A DNA stretch of 64,000 nucleotides from an uncultured Candidatus Saccharibacteria bacterium (GTDB lineage Bacteria; Patescibacteriota; Minisyncoccia; Portnoybacterales; UBA2143): NCBI GenBank assembly GCA_964556655.1, contig CAZKWY010000001.1, positions 7,528 through 71,527 on the forward strand, written 5' to 3'. The translations under genes and the position numbers were made by a program. The notes beneath the pieces were generated by a model. The model saw only the letters and a list, made by a program, of their open reading frames with translations. It had not been told where the DNA came from and ran no database searches. Shown here in pieces: positions 45,567 to 54,920 of the stretch (position 1 is the first letter of the stretch; every line of letters starts with the position of its first letter).

Positions 45567-45603
45567 GCCCCTATTCCGAAAACAAAGGAATAGGGGCTTT
45601 TAA
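45567..45603 (+). terminator. Rho-independent terminator after the TrmB-like gene
   Basis: GCCCCTATTCC-(10 nt)-GGAATAGGGGC followed by TTTT. Confidence 0.65.
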
Positions 45604-45812
45604 GCTGCCCTCTTTGCAGTGGGCAACCCTAGGTAGTGTGAATTTTTTTATTGCCATAAAGCAGCACTCTCCTTTCTTAATATTTTATTATAGATGTTTT
45701 TTGATAGGATATCAAGTGAATATTTTATGTCAACAATATTTGACATAGATCAACAAAATTTATATGATATCAATAATGTCAGTTTTTTAGCGTAGTTTTA
45801 TGTCATTATCTA

Positions 45813-45841
45813 TTGACATAAAATATAATAAGTGATATAAT
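45813..45841 (+). promoter_or_regulatory. Consensus sigma70-type promoter (TTGACA, 17-bp spacer, TATAAT)
   Basis: TTGACA lies at 45813-45818 and TATAAT at 45836-45841 with exactly 17 bp between them. No protein-coding gene follows on the plus strand. Confidence 0.6.
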
Positions 45842-45847
45842 CTAGAA

Positions 45848-45961
45848 AACAACACTTTTTAGTGCGAGAGTCTCGCCTCGTTCTCCTCCTTACGAGGCCT
45901 CCTTCCGGGGGGATAGGGGCTTGATGCCGTAAGAGGCTTTCGCGCTAAAGGGTGTTTTTTT
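45848..45961 (+). ncRNA. Candidate small RNA (~110 nt) with C/U-rich hairpin loops, class unknown
   Basis: It is bounded by the consensus promoter and a T7 run. Predicted hairpins are GCGAG-AGU-CUCGC, CCUCGU-UCUCCUCCUU-ACGAGG and CCUCC-UUCC-GGGGG; the last contains a U-G pair that is valid only on the plus strand. Confidence 0.35.
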
Positions 45962-48509
45962 ATTCTATTCTTATTTCAACAATATCTTCTGCTTTATTAA
46001 GCGATTTATCATAAACTCTTGCTTTGATAATTTGTTTTTCAGAAGAATGGTCTAGATAAGAAACAATAGGCAGAGTCAAAGAATAAGGCACACGAGTATC
46101 GACTCCGATTAAATAGTCGTTGAAGTAAAATTCTACTTGGCTAACTTTTAATAATGATTTTACTTGAGCAGAAATAGTTAATTCTGATTTTTTTATTGTT
46201 TCGTTGTTTTTAGGAGAGATGATTTTAATATTAATGCTTTCTTCAGGCGAATTGTTTCCATTCTGGCAGGATTGGCAGGGCGGAGTTTGATTATAACAAA
46301 TGTCTTCGGAGCACCCTTGTTCTTGCGCCCATAAAAGAACTGGCGCTTCCCAGTTGTTGAACTGGGGGTCTTGGCTGGGGTTTTTCGGATAATCGCCCAG
46401 AGGATTATCTTTATCAACATAGTAAAGAATATTATGCGCTTGGCGATAATTTCTTTCTTCTATTAGGCCAATAGGAGTTTCGCCAGTAGCAGCCTCTCCG
46501 GTTTTTTTGTTAATAAGAACAGTTGTTTGAGAAAAAAATTCTCCATTTAACATTGGTTTAGTTGGCGGGTTGTTTTCTTGAGGAGGAGCGAACTCTTCAT
46601 TCTGGATGGGCAGATTGAAATAATTATTAGTTGATTTTTTTTCTTTTTTTGTTTCTTCTTTTGCTTGGTAGCTTTTTTCCATAAAAGCTTTCCATATAGG
46701 GGCGGCCACATAAAGACCGGCTGCTCCCGGCTTCATTTTTTGAGAATAATCGTTATTACCAGCCCAGACTCCTACTACTAAGCTGGGCGTGTATCCTACA
46801 GTCCAGCCGTCGCTGTAGTTTTGCGTGGTGCCTGTTTTAGCGGCGGCGGAACGGCCTGGCAGGTAGAGATCTGACTGAGGGCCAAACATAGGCACGCGCG
46901 CTGCTTCATCAGAAAGGATGCTGTTAATTTGACGCGCGGTTTGCGCTTCAAGCACTCTTATAGAATCAGGGCGGTATTCTTCTAGGATATTTCCTTGGGC
47001 ATCCTCTATCTTTAAAATGATGGCTGCCTTGTTCTTAATCCCCTCGGCGGCAAAAACGCCATAGGCGGCTGTTTCATCAAAAAGCTTTACTTCTCCGCCT
47101 CCTAGAACCAGAGAAAGGCCGTATGCTTTTCTGTTTTTGAGGGTAGAGATGCCCATATCGTGGGCAAGATTAATGGTTTCCTCTATTCCTGCCAGGTAAA
47201 GCGTTTTTACCGAAGTTACGTTAATAGATTGGGCCAGAGAATTTCTCATGCTAATAGGGCCGCGATACTGAAGGTCGTAGTTTTTAGGCAAATAAAGTTG
47301 TTCGCCAGCGCCAAAATTGGTAGGCATGTCAAAAAGCATTGTTTCTGGGGTATATCCTTTTCTAAAAGCGGCAGCATAGGCAAAGGGCTTAAAAGAAGAT
47401 CCTGGCTGGCGATAGGGGCTGGTAGCTACATTAAACTGGTCTTCTTGATAATTCTTTGATCCTACCAAAGCCACTACATGGCCTGTTTTAGGATCAATAG
47501 CGACTAGAGCGCCATTGTTCGCGCTATATTTTTGCTGGTTTTTTTCCACTCCTTCGGCTACTATTTCTTCGGCGATCTGCTGGAGATCCCAGTCTAAAGT
47601 AGTGTAAACCTTAAGGCCCGCTTTGTTAATGTCAGCATAAGTTTGCTGGTAGTTTTTCTCTAGGTATTCTTTAACCATAGCAACAAAATGATGCGCTTTT
47701 AGATCTTTCTGGCTGGCGTATTTTATTTCTTCATCTTTGGCTTCTTGCGCTTGCCGCGCCCCTAAATAGCCTAATTGGACCATTCGATCTAAGATATAGT
47801 TTTTTCTTTGTTTTAATTCTTCAACATGAGAGCCATAAGGAGAATAATAGCTGGGAGCTTTAGGCAGGGCCGCTAAGGCGGCTCCCTCCGCGAGAGTAAG
47901 CTCTTTAGCCGATTTGTTAAAAAAAGTTCGGCTGGCGGCTTCTATACCGTAAGCGTTTGAGCCATAAGGAACCTGATTAAGATAGAAGCTCAAAATTTCA
48001 TCTTTCGTATATTTGCTTTCTAGCTCAAGAGATAAGATAGCTTCTTTAATTTTTCTAACAATAGTTCTCTCTGATTGAGGCCCTCCCAGATAGGCGTTTT
48101 TAATAAATTGCTGAGTAATAGTAGATCCACCCTGGGATATTCTTTTTTGGGTGATATTTGACCAAGCGGCTCTAAGGATGCCGCGCCAGTCTAAGCCGAT
48201 ATGATGATAAAAATTATCGTCTTCTATGGCAATAGTAGCCTCTTTGATAAATTGGGGAATTTCTTTATAGGGGATGACGGTCCTTTTTTCTTCGCCATGG
48301 ATGTCGTAAAGAATGACTTCTCCGCTGCGATCATATATTTTGGTTGATTCGATGATTTCTCTTTGCCCCATATTATTAGGATTAGGCAGGTCCTTGGCAA
48401 AATAAGCGAAGAGAAAGATAGTCCCTAAAAGACCGAAGACAAAGCAAAAAACAGCTAACTTAAAAGCTACTTTAACAATTCCCAGGCTTGTTATTCTTTT
48501 GATACTCAT
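45960..48509 (-). CDS. Class A penicillin-binding protein (PBP1A-type transglycosylase/transpeptidase) with a C-terminal extension
   Basis: There is an N-terminal TM anchor. Glycosyltransferase motifs are EDDNFYHHIGLDWRGILRA, GGSTITQQFIKNAY and RKIKEAILSLELE. Transpeptidase motifs are the active-site SSFKPF, plus SINV and KTGT. The start is ambiguous (ATG at 48509 or TTG at 48545). Confidence 0.85.
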   Translation of the reverse strand: MSIKRITSLGIVKVAFKLAVFCFVFGLLGTIFLFAYFAKDLPNPNNMGQREIIESTKIYDRSGEVILYDIHGEEKRTVIPYKEIPQFIKEATIAIEDDNFYHHIGLDWRGILRAAWSNITQKRISQGGSTITQQFIKNAYLGGPQSERTIVRKIKEAILSLELESKYTKDEILSFYLNQVPYGSNAYGIEAASRTFFNKSAKELTLAEGAALAALPKAPSYYSPYGSHVEELKQRKNYILDRMVQLGYLGARQAQEAKDEEIKYASQKDLKAHHFVAMVKEYLEKNYQQTYADINKAGLKVYTTLDWDLQQIAEEIVAEGVEKNQQKYSANNGALVAIDPKTGHVVALVGSKNYQEDQFNVATSPYRQPGSSFKPFAYAAAFRKGYTPETMLFDMPTNFGAGEQLYLPKNYDLQYRGPISMRNSLAQSINVTSVKTLYLAGIEETINLAHDMGISTLKNRKAYGLSLVLGGGEVKLFDETAAYGVFAAEGIKNKAAIILKIEDAQGNILEEYRPDSIRVLEAQTARQINSILSDEAARVPMFGPQSDLYLPGRSAAAKTGTTQNYSDGWTVGYTPSLVVGVWAGNNDYSQKMKPGAAGLYVAAPIWKAFMEKSYQAKEETKKEKKSTNNYFNLPIQNEEFAPPQENNPPTKPMLNGEFFSQTTVLINKKTGEAATGETPIGLIEERNYRQAHNILYYVDKDNPLGDYPKNPSQDPQFNNWEAPVLLWAQEQGCSEDICYNQTPPCQSCQNGNNSPEESINIKIISPKNNETIKKSELTISAQVKSLLKVSQVEFYFNDYLIGVDTRVPYSLTLPIVSYLDHSSEKQIIKARVYDKSLNKAEDIVEIRIE

Positions 48510-48714
48510 TCTTATAATAATGCCAAAATTAAATATTTTTGGCAAGAAAATTACTCAATAAAAAATCTCTTCTTGAGAGAAAAAATCCTATAGCTAGCAG
48601 GATATTTTAATTTTTTGCTTAAAAGATAATCAATAGTTTCCCCGGCCGAGTTCATTTTTTTTCGTGATGAGGGAAGTGGTGGATCTATAATCCAGGAAAA
48701 GAGCAAGATGTCAT

Positions 48715-50211
48715 TTATCCTTTAGCGATAAAGTGAGGAAAAAATATTTTTTTTAGTTTGAGCAGACGGATCGGTCTCAAATCAAATGATTGATAAACAG
48801 CCTCGGCGACGCTTTTGGCCCATTCGTTAAGAGATTGATAATTATCTTGGGCTAGAGTTCTGTTTAAGGAGAGAATGCGGCAGAGTCTTCTGTTGGGGCT
48901 GAAATGAGATTTCTTAAAAGGGACGCCATCAGAAATAAGGAATTCTTCTTCTTTTTCGAGGTGTTTTAAATGGTATCCCGGGCGCAAGTAAGATAGTTTT
49001 CCTTGTTTAAGGCGATAGATTCCTGCCTTGGTTTGTTTATGGTTTCTTGCCCAGTGGCCGGTAAGATTATGCGGGAAGAGCTGGCTTCCTCTTTTGGCTT
49101 GTCTTATCAGGCGATTAATCTCTTGGCAGTTGATGCGGTAGGGATGATTAAGGAATTCCAGCGCGTGGAATCCTATTAGAGGAGGTTCGTTATTAATAGT
49201 TTGGCACATTGTTAAAGCAGGGAAGGACCCTAAAAGGCGCGGATTGCATTCAATTAAAAAAAGTTTTTCTGTTTTTTGGTCTAAAATAAAATCTAATCCA
49301 AAAATGCCTTGATATCCCCGCTGATGGAAATAAAGGCCGATTTTTTCTACCATTTCGTAAGCTTGATGAAGAATTTTTTCAGAAAAGGAAGAGCTTGTCC
49401 AGTCATGGCCACAGAAAAGGCCGCTTCCTTTTTCTGGATTGTAGAGCTGGGGAATATCTAGAATTTGCAATTGGGGATTAGTGGAGAGAATCCCTTGCCT
49501 GGTTACACAGCCAGTAATGCTGGGAGAAGGGCCGTGGATAAATTGAGCTACAATGGCTTCAGTAGGCGGACGGATTATTTTCGCTTCTTCCTTGTTCCAT
49601 TTTTCTTCTAGTTTAGCAATGGCCTTCTGAAAATCTTCTTTATTCTTAATAAAAAAAGTTCCTTTTCCGCCCCCCTTGGCGGGATGTTGAATAACGAAAG
49701 GAAGGCCGTATTTATTAACAAGATGGCCGTAATGGAGGCGACGGGGCGTATCTATTTTTCCCGGCGGAAGATTAAGCTTTAGCTCTTGGGCGATTTTTCT
49801 GAAATTAACTTTGTCTTCAAATAGTTTTTTGCCAAAATTAGTAGGGTTGCTCATTAAAAGCCAATTATTTTCTTGGCATACTTTTTCCATTTTTTCAGAC
49901 GATTTATAAACAGTAATCGCCGGCCGATCGAATTGGTTTAAGTATTTTTTAGTTTTGGGGTGATCTAAGATAGTAGTGGCGTTGCGCGGTGCTTGAATAT
50001 GCTTGGTGCCCATGCCTTTTTCTAGAGAAAGAGTAGGGACATCTTTTTCGATTAAAGCGGTATCTAAACTATAGCGCAAGGCAAGAAGACGGTAATTAGA
50101 AGTGATTTCTTCTAGTCCTAGCCGATCAAAAGCATAAGCCCCCGCGCCGAAGAGGGGATTTTTGATTTCTTTAAAGGCTTGCTTGAGGGAGGAAAGGTCT
50201 TTAACTTCCAT
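48715..50211 (-). CDS. ATP-grasp domain protein (carboxylate-amine/peptide ligase superfamily)
   Basis: 498 aa. PFVIQHPAKGGGKGTFFIKNKEDF and GLDFILDQKTEKLFLIECNPRLLGS fit the ATP-grasp core and catalytic loop. Confidence 0.6.
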   Translation of the reverse strand: MEVKDLSSLKQAFKEIKNPLFGAGAYAFDRLGLEEITSNYRLLALRYSLDTALIEKDVPTLSLEKGMGTKHIQAPRNATTILDHPKTKKYLNQFDRPAITVYKSSEKMEKVCQENNWLLMSNPTNFGKKLFEDKVNFRKIAQELKLNLPPGKIDTPRRLHYGHLVNKYGLPFVIQHPAKGGGKGTFFIKNKEDFQKAIAKLEEKWNKEEAKIIRPPTEAIVAQFIHGPSPSITGCVTRQGILSTNPQLQILDIPQLYNPEKGSGLFCGHDWTSSSFSEKILHQAYEMVEKIGLYFHQRGYQGIFGLDFILDQKTEKLFLIECNPRLLGSFPALTMCQTINNEPPLIGFHALEFLNHPYRINCQEINRLIRQAKRGSQLFPHNLTGHWARNHKQTKAGIYRLKQGKLSYLRPGYHLKHLEKEEEFLISDGVPFKKSHFSPNRRLCRILSLNRTLAQDNYQSLNEWAKSVAEAVYQSFDLRPIRLLKLKKIFFPHFIAKG

Positions 50212-50216
50212 AAGGG

Positions 50217-51548
50217 CTAAGTTCGTTTAATTTTTTTGCCCATAAAGACATTTTTGGCTGGATCTACTAAAAATCTTTTTAAGTCTCTCCGACCGATAAT
50301 AATATCATATTTCATTTCTTTTCTGTCGGCAAGAAAAACTTCTGCGCTGACAATTCTTTTGTCTAAAACAAAGGAAGCTTGGATGAGGGGTCTCTCTTGA
50401 GCCCCTAGGGCGCCGCGGACTTTTTTGTAGCCGATAATTTTTTCATCAAGGCCTAATTTTTCCGCTAGACTTTTGCAGACAGTTGTATGATAAGCGCCAG
50501 TATCTATTTTGGCTATTGCGCTATGCTTGTTTTTGTCTTTGTCGATTATCTCGACTGGTTCGTTAATGCCAATGACTTTGCGTCCGGAAATTTCTTCCAG
50601 TTCCTCTTCTACTTCTCCGCCAAAGAGATCTCGGGCGATCTGAACTCCTTTAGAAACATTTTTAATCTTTAGCCCCTTTACTCTTTGGAGCTTTTCTTTA
50701 AGAGAGGAGAGATTGGCGATTTGAATAGAGAGTCCCGGCCGGGCATTAAGCTCTAAAATAACAGGGCCTTTTTCTCTATCAATAGCGATATCAACGCCCA
50801 AGAAGCCAATGCGGCTGGTCTCTTGGGCGTTGATAGCCATTCTCAAAACTTCTTTCCACTCGGGAATATGGATGCCGCTAAGGAGCAGGCGGCTTTGGGG
50901 CAAATATTCAATAATTTTGTCTTTTTGAATAGCAGTGGTAGTAACTCCGCTGCCCATATCGATGCCTACGCCAATGCCTCCCAAGTGAAGATTGGCTTTA
51001 CCGCCAGATTCTTTAGTGGGCAGGCGCAGTTCGGCCATGACTGGAATAGAGTTGTAAACGATGATTCTAATATCAGGAATGCCGCGGTAAACATAGGGCT
51101 TGAAGAGCTTAAGCAGTTTGATGCGCTCTTCAAAAAAAGCGGTGTCAGGTAGATTGGAAAGAGAATAATTACCTTCAATAATGTTATAGATATGGTTCTG
51201 GAGATCTTTAACGTCAATCAACTTTTTATCAGCTTTAATCCAAGAATAGGGAAATTTCTTTTTGCGGCCGTAAACAATAATGATGCCCTCGCCTGCTAGC
51301 CCTCGATTAGGCTTGAGGGCGAAAGTGGAAGGAAGATTGCGCCAGTCAAGGTTTTTTATCTGGCTTGGCCTCTCAACCACAGAAAAAGTTTGCAGAACAG
51401 GCAAGCCTGCTCGACTAAGGACTTTTTTGGCCAGAAGCTTGTTGTCAGCAATACGAACAGCCCTCATCTTATTTGAGGGCCGGAGGTAGTTAAGATTTCG
51501 CGCGTTGATTCCCAGGACGTATTGAGATTTCTTAAAAAAATCTAGCAT
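50217..51548 (-). CDS. RimK-like ATP-grasp ligase fused to a C-terminal retropepsin-like (DTGA) aspartic peptidase domain
   Basis: 443 aa. The N-terminal region has FALKPNRGLAGEGIIIV and GVDIAIDREKGPVILELNARPGLS. The C-terminal ~120 aa carry KIDTGAYHT (the D-T-G active-site motif) with a PF05618-like pattern. Confidence 0.6.
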   Translation of the reverse strand: MLDFFKKSQYVLGINARNLNYLRPSNKMRAVRIADNKLLAKKVLSRAGLPVLQTFSVVERPSQIKNLDWRNLPSTFALKPNRGLAGEGIIIVYGRKKKFPYSWIKADKKLIDVKDLQNHIYNIIEGNYSLSNLPDTAFFEERIKLLKLFKPYVYRGIPDIRIIVYNSIPVMAELRLPTKESGGKANLHLGGIGVGIDMGSGVTTTAIQKDKIIEYLPQSRLLLSGIHIPEWKEVLRMAINAQETSRIGFLGVDIAIDREKGPVILELNARPGLSIQIANLSSLKEKLQRVKGLKIKNVSKGVQIARDLFGGEVEEELEEISGRKVIGINEPVEIIDKDKNKHSAIAKIDTGAYHTTVCKSLAEKLGLDEKIIGYKKVRGALGAQERPLIQASFVLDKRIVSAEVFLADRKEMKYDIIIGRRDLKRFLVDPAKNVFMGKKIKRT

Positions 51549-51561
51549 TTAACGGATTAAG

Positions 51562-52224
51562 TTATTTTTTTTCAGGCAATTCCACTTCTTTAATAACAGT
51601 CTTGAAGCGAAAATATTCAGAAAGGCGCAAGCCGGTCCATTTACTTAGGATGAAATTAATTAAAAGAGCTCCGACAATAGTCCATAAGGGAAAGTTAAGG
51701 GCTTGGTTTTTTGCCCATGGGCAAACGATCGCGCCGTAGCAAACCAAGGAGAGGAAAAGAGTTTCAGCAGTCAGAAGAACAGCGCCTTTAGGGCCTCTTT
51801 CAATTTGGGCAGCGACAAATTTTTCCACCAAGGTAATCATAATTAAAATAGCGAAAATAGAGCTATAAGGAGGCCCGCTTTGGCCTAAGAGAGGAGCGAT
51901 CAAAAGAAGCGCTAGAATAGCCAATGTAGTAAAAGTTAGGATAATGGCCATGCGAGGGAGGTAAAGCATTCTGATTTTTTTTAGCGCTAATCTAGCTAGA
52001 CTACCAGCAAGAAAAATAGTAACAAAAAAAGCTAGGCCGTATTTTAGGCCGATAGACCAAAAAGCGAAGGCAAGAATAAGGGGGGTATAAATGCCGAATC
52101 CTTTGATGCCAATAACCTGGCGGGCAAAAGCAACAATAGTAGCCGCGACAGGCAGGAGGAGCAAGAAAACGATTGTTTCTTGAGGGACTCCTTGGTTGAT
52201 AATATATTGGGTTAATGGGGACAT
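51562..52224 (-). CDS. Polytopic membrane protein (6-7 TM), candidate partner of the ATP-grasp/peptidase pair
   Basis: 220 aa and almost entirely hydrophobic helices. Its start overlaps the ruvC stop by 13 nt. Confidence 0.45.
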   Translation of the reverse strand: MSPLTQYIINQGVPQETIVFLLLLPVAATIVAFARQVIGIKGFGIYTPLILAFAFWSIGLKYGLAFFVTIFLAGSLARLALKKIRMLYLPRMAIILTFTTLAILALLLIAPLLGQSGPPYSSIFAILIMITLVEKFVAAQIERGPKGAVLLTAETLFLSLVCYGAIVCPWAKNQALNFPLWTIVGALLINFILSKWTGLRLSEYFRFKTVIKEVELPEKK

Positions 52225-52706
52225 TTGAATTGGTAATTATTTATTGAATGAGCGCAACAAATAGCAGCCGCAAGAGCGTCAGCGGCATCGTCTGGCTTAG
52301 GAATTTCTTTAAGATCAAGAATAATTTTAACCATCTGCTGAATTTGTTTTTTATCTGCTCGGCCGTAACCGGTAACTGCTTGTTTAATTTGAAGCGGAGA
52401 ATATTCTTCAATAGTTAATTTAGCTCGACAGACTCTGGCAAGAACGACTCCTCGCGCTTGGCTGACTTTCACCGCTGTTTTAAGATTTTTAAAGAAAAAA
52501 ATATCTTCTATCGCCGCTTTTTCAGGTCGATATTTTTTTATAACGCTTTTTAGCTGCTGGTCTATAATTTGAAGGCGTTGAGCAGTGGCAAGATGGTTTT
52601 TGGTGATAATACATCCATAATCAATCAATTTTATTTTATGGGACTCTTTGGAGATAAGGCCGTAGCCAGTAAGGGCAGTCCCTGGATCAATGCCAAGGAT
52701 AATCAT
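52212..52706 (-). CDS. ruvC: Holliday junction resolvase RuvC
   Basis: 164 aa. MIILGIDPGTALTGYG and the catalytic acidic residues are in place. Confidence 0.85.
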   Translation of the reverse strand: MIILGIDPGTALTGYGLISKESHKIKLIDYGCIITKNHLATAQRLQIIDQQLKSVIKKYRPEKAAIEDIFFFKNLKTAVKVSQARGVVLARVCRAKLTIEEYSPLQIKQAVTGYGRADKKQIQQMVKIILDLKEIPKPDDAADALAAAICCAHSINNYQFKCPH

Positions 52707-52736
52707 AAAAATATTTTTTAAAAAGCTTCTACGGGA

Positions 52737-53276
52737 TTATTTAAGACTGGAATATATTTCCTGAACATCGTCATTTTCGTCAAGCGCTTCGAAGATTTTT
52801 TCTAGCTGGTTATTGGTTTTTTCGTCGCTTATTCCCATTGGATATTTGGCAAGCCATTCGTTGCCTTTTTTATCAAACATATATTTAACGCTTCCGGCTT
52901 CTGCTAATTTGCCGTCAAATTTATTGAGGATTTGCTTGATTTCTGATAGAGTGCGGTTTTTGTTATCAGTAATTCCTTCAATGATTAAAGCAATCCCGCC
53001 AGGCCCGTAAGCTTCGTAAGTAAATTCTTCAATGCTTTCGCTCCCTGTCTGCCCCGCCCCTTTTTTAATAGCCCGTTCAATATTTTCTTTGGGCATATTG
53101 AATTGCTGGGCTTTTTCGATGGCAGCGCGGAGACGCGGATTAGTTTCAGGGTCGCCGCCCTTTTCGCGGGCGGCAATAGTAATAAGGCGGGATATTTTGC
53201 TGAAAACCTTACCCCGCTTAGCGTCAGTAGAGCCCTTTTTGTGTCTAATGGAATGCCAGTGGCTATGACCAGACAT
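52737..53276 (-). CDS. YebC/PmpR-family transcriptional regulator (short form)
   Basis: 179 aa. MSGHSHWHSIRHKKGSTDAKRGKVFSKISRLITIAAREKGGDPETNPRLRAAIEKA is the YebC N-terminal signature. Confidence 0.8.
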   Translation of the reverse strand: MSGHSHWHSIRHKKGSTDAKRGKVFSKISRLITIAAREKGGDPETNPRLRAAIEKAQQFNMPKENIERAIKKGAGQTGSESIEEFTYEAYGPGGIALIIEGITDNKNRTLSEIKQILNKFDGKLAEAGSVKYMFDKKGNEWLAKYPMGISDEKTNNQLEKIFEALDENDDVQEIYSSLK

Positions 53277-53317
53277 GTTCTTATGATACTATTTGGCTTT
53301 TATTGGTGTCAACTTAT

Positions 53318-54913
53318 TTAGTTCTTAAAAATTTTTTGCGGATGGGTTTTTCGCCATTTTCTCCATTTGATAGCCAGCCATGCCATTGCCAAGCCGGCTC
53401 CGGAAGCTGATAGCGCTAGTGGGAGGAGATTTTTCTTGTTGGCAGTATTTTGGTTAAGGCTGGCAAAATGAAGAGATAGCGAGGCAGCAGAATCTTTCCC
53501 TGTTAAACTTGCCATAGAAGTAGAGCTTGTGGATGTTTTTTCTTCCCCCTTGTCTTCTTGGTTTTTGGCTAAAGAGAGATTACCTTGAGGAAAGGATGGT
53601 GTTTCTTTGCTCTTCTTTACAGAAAAACGGCGGTTCTCTTCTATAAGGGCGAGCGGTTGGTGGCTGGTAATAATGTTTTTTGATCCTGGCGTAGGCTGGT
53701 TGGTCCAATGATAATCTCTTCCATCAAAAGACAAAGAAGATCCTGCGGCGCTTTGGCGGTAGTTAATTTCGCAGGCCAAAGAGTTATTGGGATAAAAAAG
53801 TCTTATTTGATCTTGCTCATTATTAAAGGAAAGCTTGGTTGTCTCTTTTTTCAAAACTAAAAATTGCTGGGGGCCGAGAAAGGTGTTCTCGGGGAAGACA
53901 AAAGGGCTGCTTCCTTCTTCTCTGTCATCAATTGTCCAGCCAGAAAGGTTGGCTATGTTTTCGCTTTGGTTAAAAAGCTCCAGCCATTCGCGGTCATCGC
54001 TTCCTTTGGGATTAGGCATCGCTTCATTAATAATAATGGAATCTTGATAAACATTAATTGAAATGATGTCGGTATCAGAAAGGATGCCGTCAGAGGCAAA
54101 GAGACTAGCGAGATATTGGCCGGGATAATGGTAGATATGGTTTACCCGCTCTCCTTCTTGACTGGCCCCATCGCCAAAACTCCAAAAAAAATTCAATAGT
54201 TCGTTTTCGGGATCGTAAGAATTACTGGCGTCAAAGGAAATATTTTGTCCTACCAAAGCAATGAGGTCGGGTCCGGCTTGCGCTTGGGGAGGGCGATTGA
54301 TTGAAGTATTTTTTTCTTCGGACGAAAAAATAGGCGGATTTTCCGGTTCAGCTTCTTTTTGTTTTAATTGGTTTGGATTTTCTCGTTTTTTTTGCTGGCC
54401 AGCGCTGTTTTCTTCTTTGGGCGTACCGCCGGAAATAGCGCTTGTTTGCCATTGTCCGTCCGATGATTTCTCCATTGTTTGCTTGGTTTCATTGTCCCCA
54501 TTCAGCCAGCCGTTAGAACAATCAACAACATCAATGATCTCGTTTTCTCTGTCGTAGAGTTCTAATTTTTCTCCGCTATTGCCAAGGGCGCCCGTATAAA
54601 TTTGGTCGGCGAAAAGATGGGGAAGCGTTTCTTCGCTAGTTCTTTCTAATAAAAAATAGCCGTGAGCGGCTATTGTGTTGGATAAACTTATTCGCGGGGA
54701 GCCGTCCCGCGCTTTGAGGGTCCATCCCTCTAAGTTGATTTCCTCTGCCGTATTGTTTTTAAGCTCTATCCATTCATGGCGGGGGCTTTTTTCTGTTCCC
54801 ATCCAGGCAATCTCATAAAAAATAATTTCTTTTTGTTCTCCCGCGGCAAGGCAAGGCGTTATTAATACAGCCAATAAGGCGGCTGCTCGAAAACCTGTTT
54901 TGAAGTGAGGCAT
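53318..54913 (-). CDS. Secreted, C-terminally anchored protein with two lamin-tail-domain (LTD) modules
   Basis: 531 aa with a signal peptide. The LTD motifs are IIFYEIAWMGTEKSPRHEWIELKNN...GWTL and IIINEAMPNPKGSDDREWLELFNQ...GWTI. The C-terminal TM segment is LLPLALSASGAGLAMAWLAIKWRKWRK. Confidence 0.55.
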   Translation of the reverse strand: MPHFKTGFRAAALLAVLITPCLAAGEQKEIIFYEIAWMGTEKSPRHEWIELKNNTAEEINLEGWTLKARDGSPRISLSNTIAAHGYFLLERTSEETLPHLFADQIYTGALGNSGEKLELYDRENEIIDVVDCSNGWLNGDNETKQTMEKSSDGQWQTSAISGGTPKEENSAGQQKKRENPNQLKQKEAEPENPPIFSSEEKNTSINRPPQAQAGPDLIALVGQNISFDASNSYDPENELLNFFWSFGDGASQEGERVNHIYHYPGQYLASLFASDGILSDTDIISINVYQDSIIINEAMPNPKGSDDREWLELFNQSENIANLSGWTIDDREEGSSPFVFPENTFLGPQQFLVLKKETTKLSFNNEQDQIRLFYPNNSLACEINYRQSAAGSSLSFDGRDYHWTNQPTPGSKNIITSHQPLALIEENRRFSVKKSKETPSFPQGNLSLAKNQEDKGEEKTSTSSTSMASLTGKDSAASLSLHFASLNQNTANKKNLLPLALSASGAGLAMAWLAIKWRKWRKTHPQKIFKN

Positions 54914-54920
54914 GTTTTTA

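Noticed and set aside
45860-45960. SRP (4.5S) RNA on the minus strand, suggested by CCGGAAGGAGGC resembling the domain IV core
   Set aside because: The flanking arms do not form the long SRP hairpin. The GGAA does not sit in a tetraloop closed by the conserved helix. A U-G pair makes the structure plus-strand specific. The promoter and terminator are oriented for a plus-strand transcript. I kept it as an unclassified sRNA candidate.
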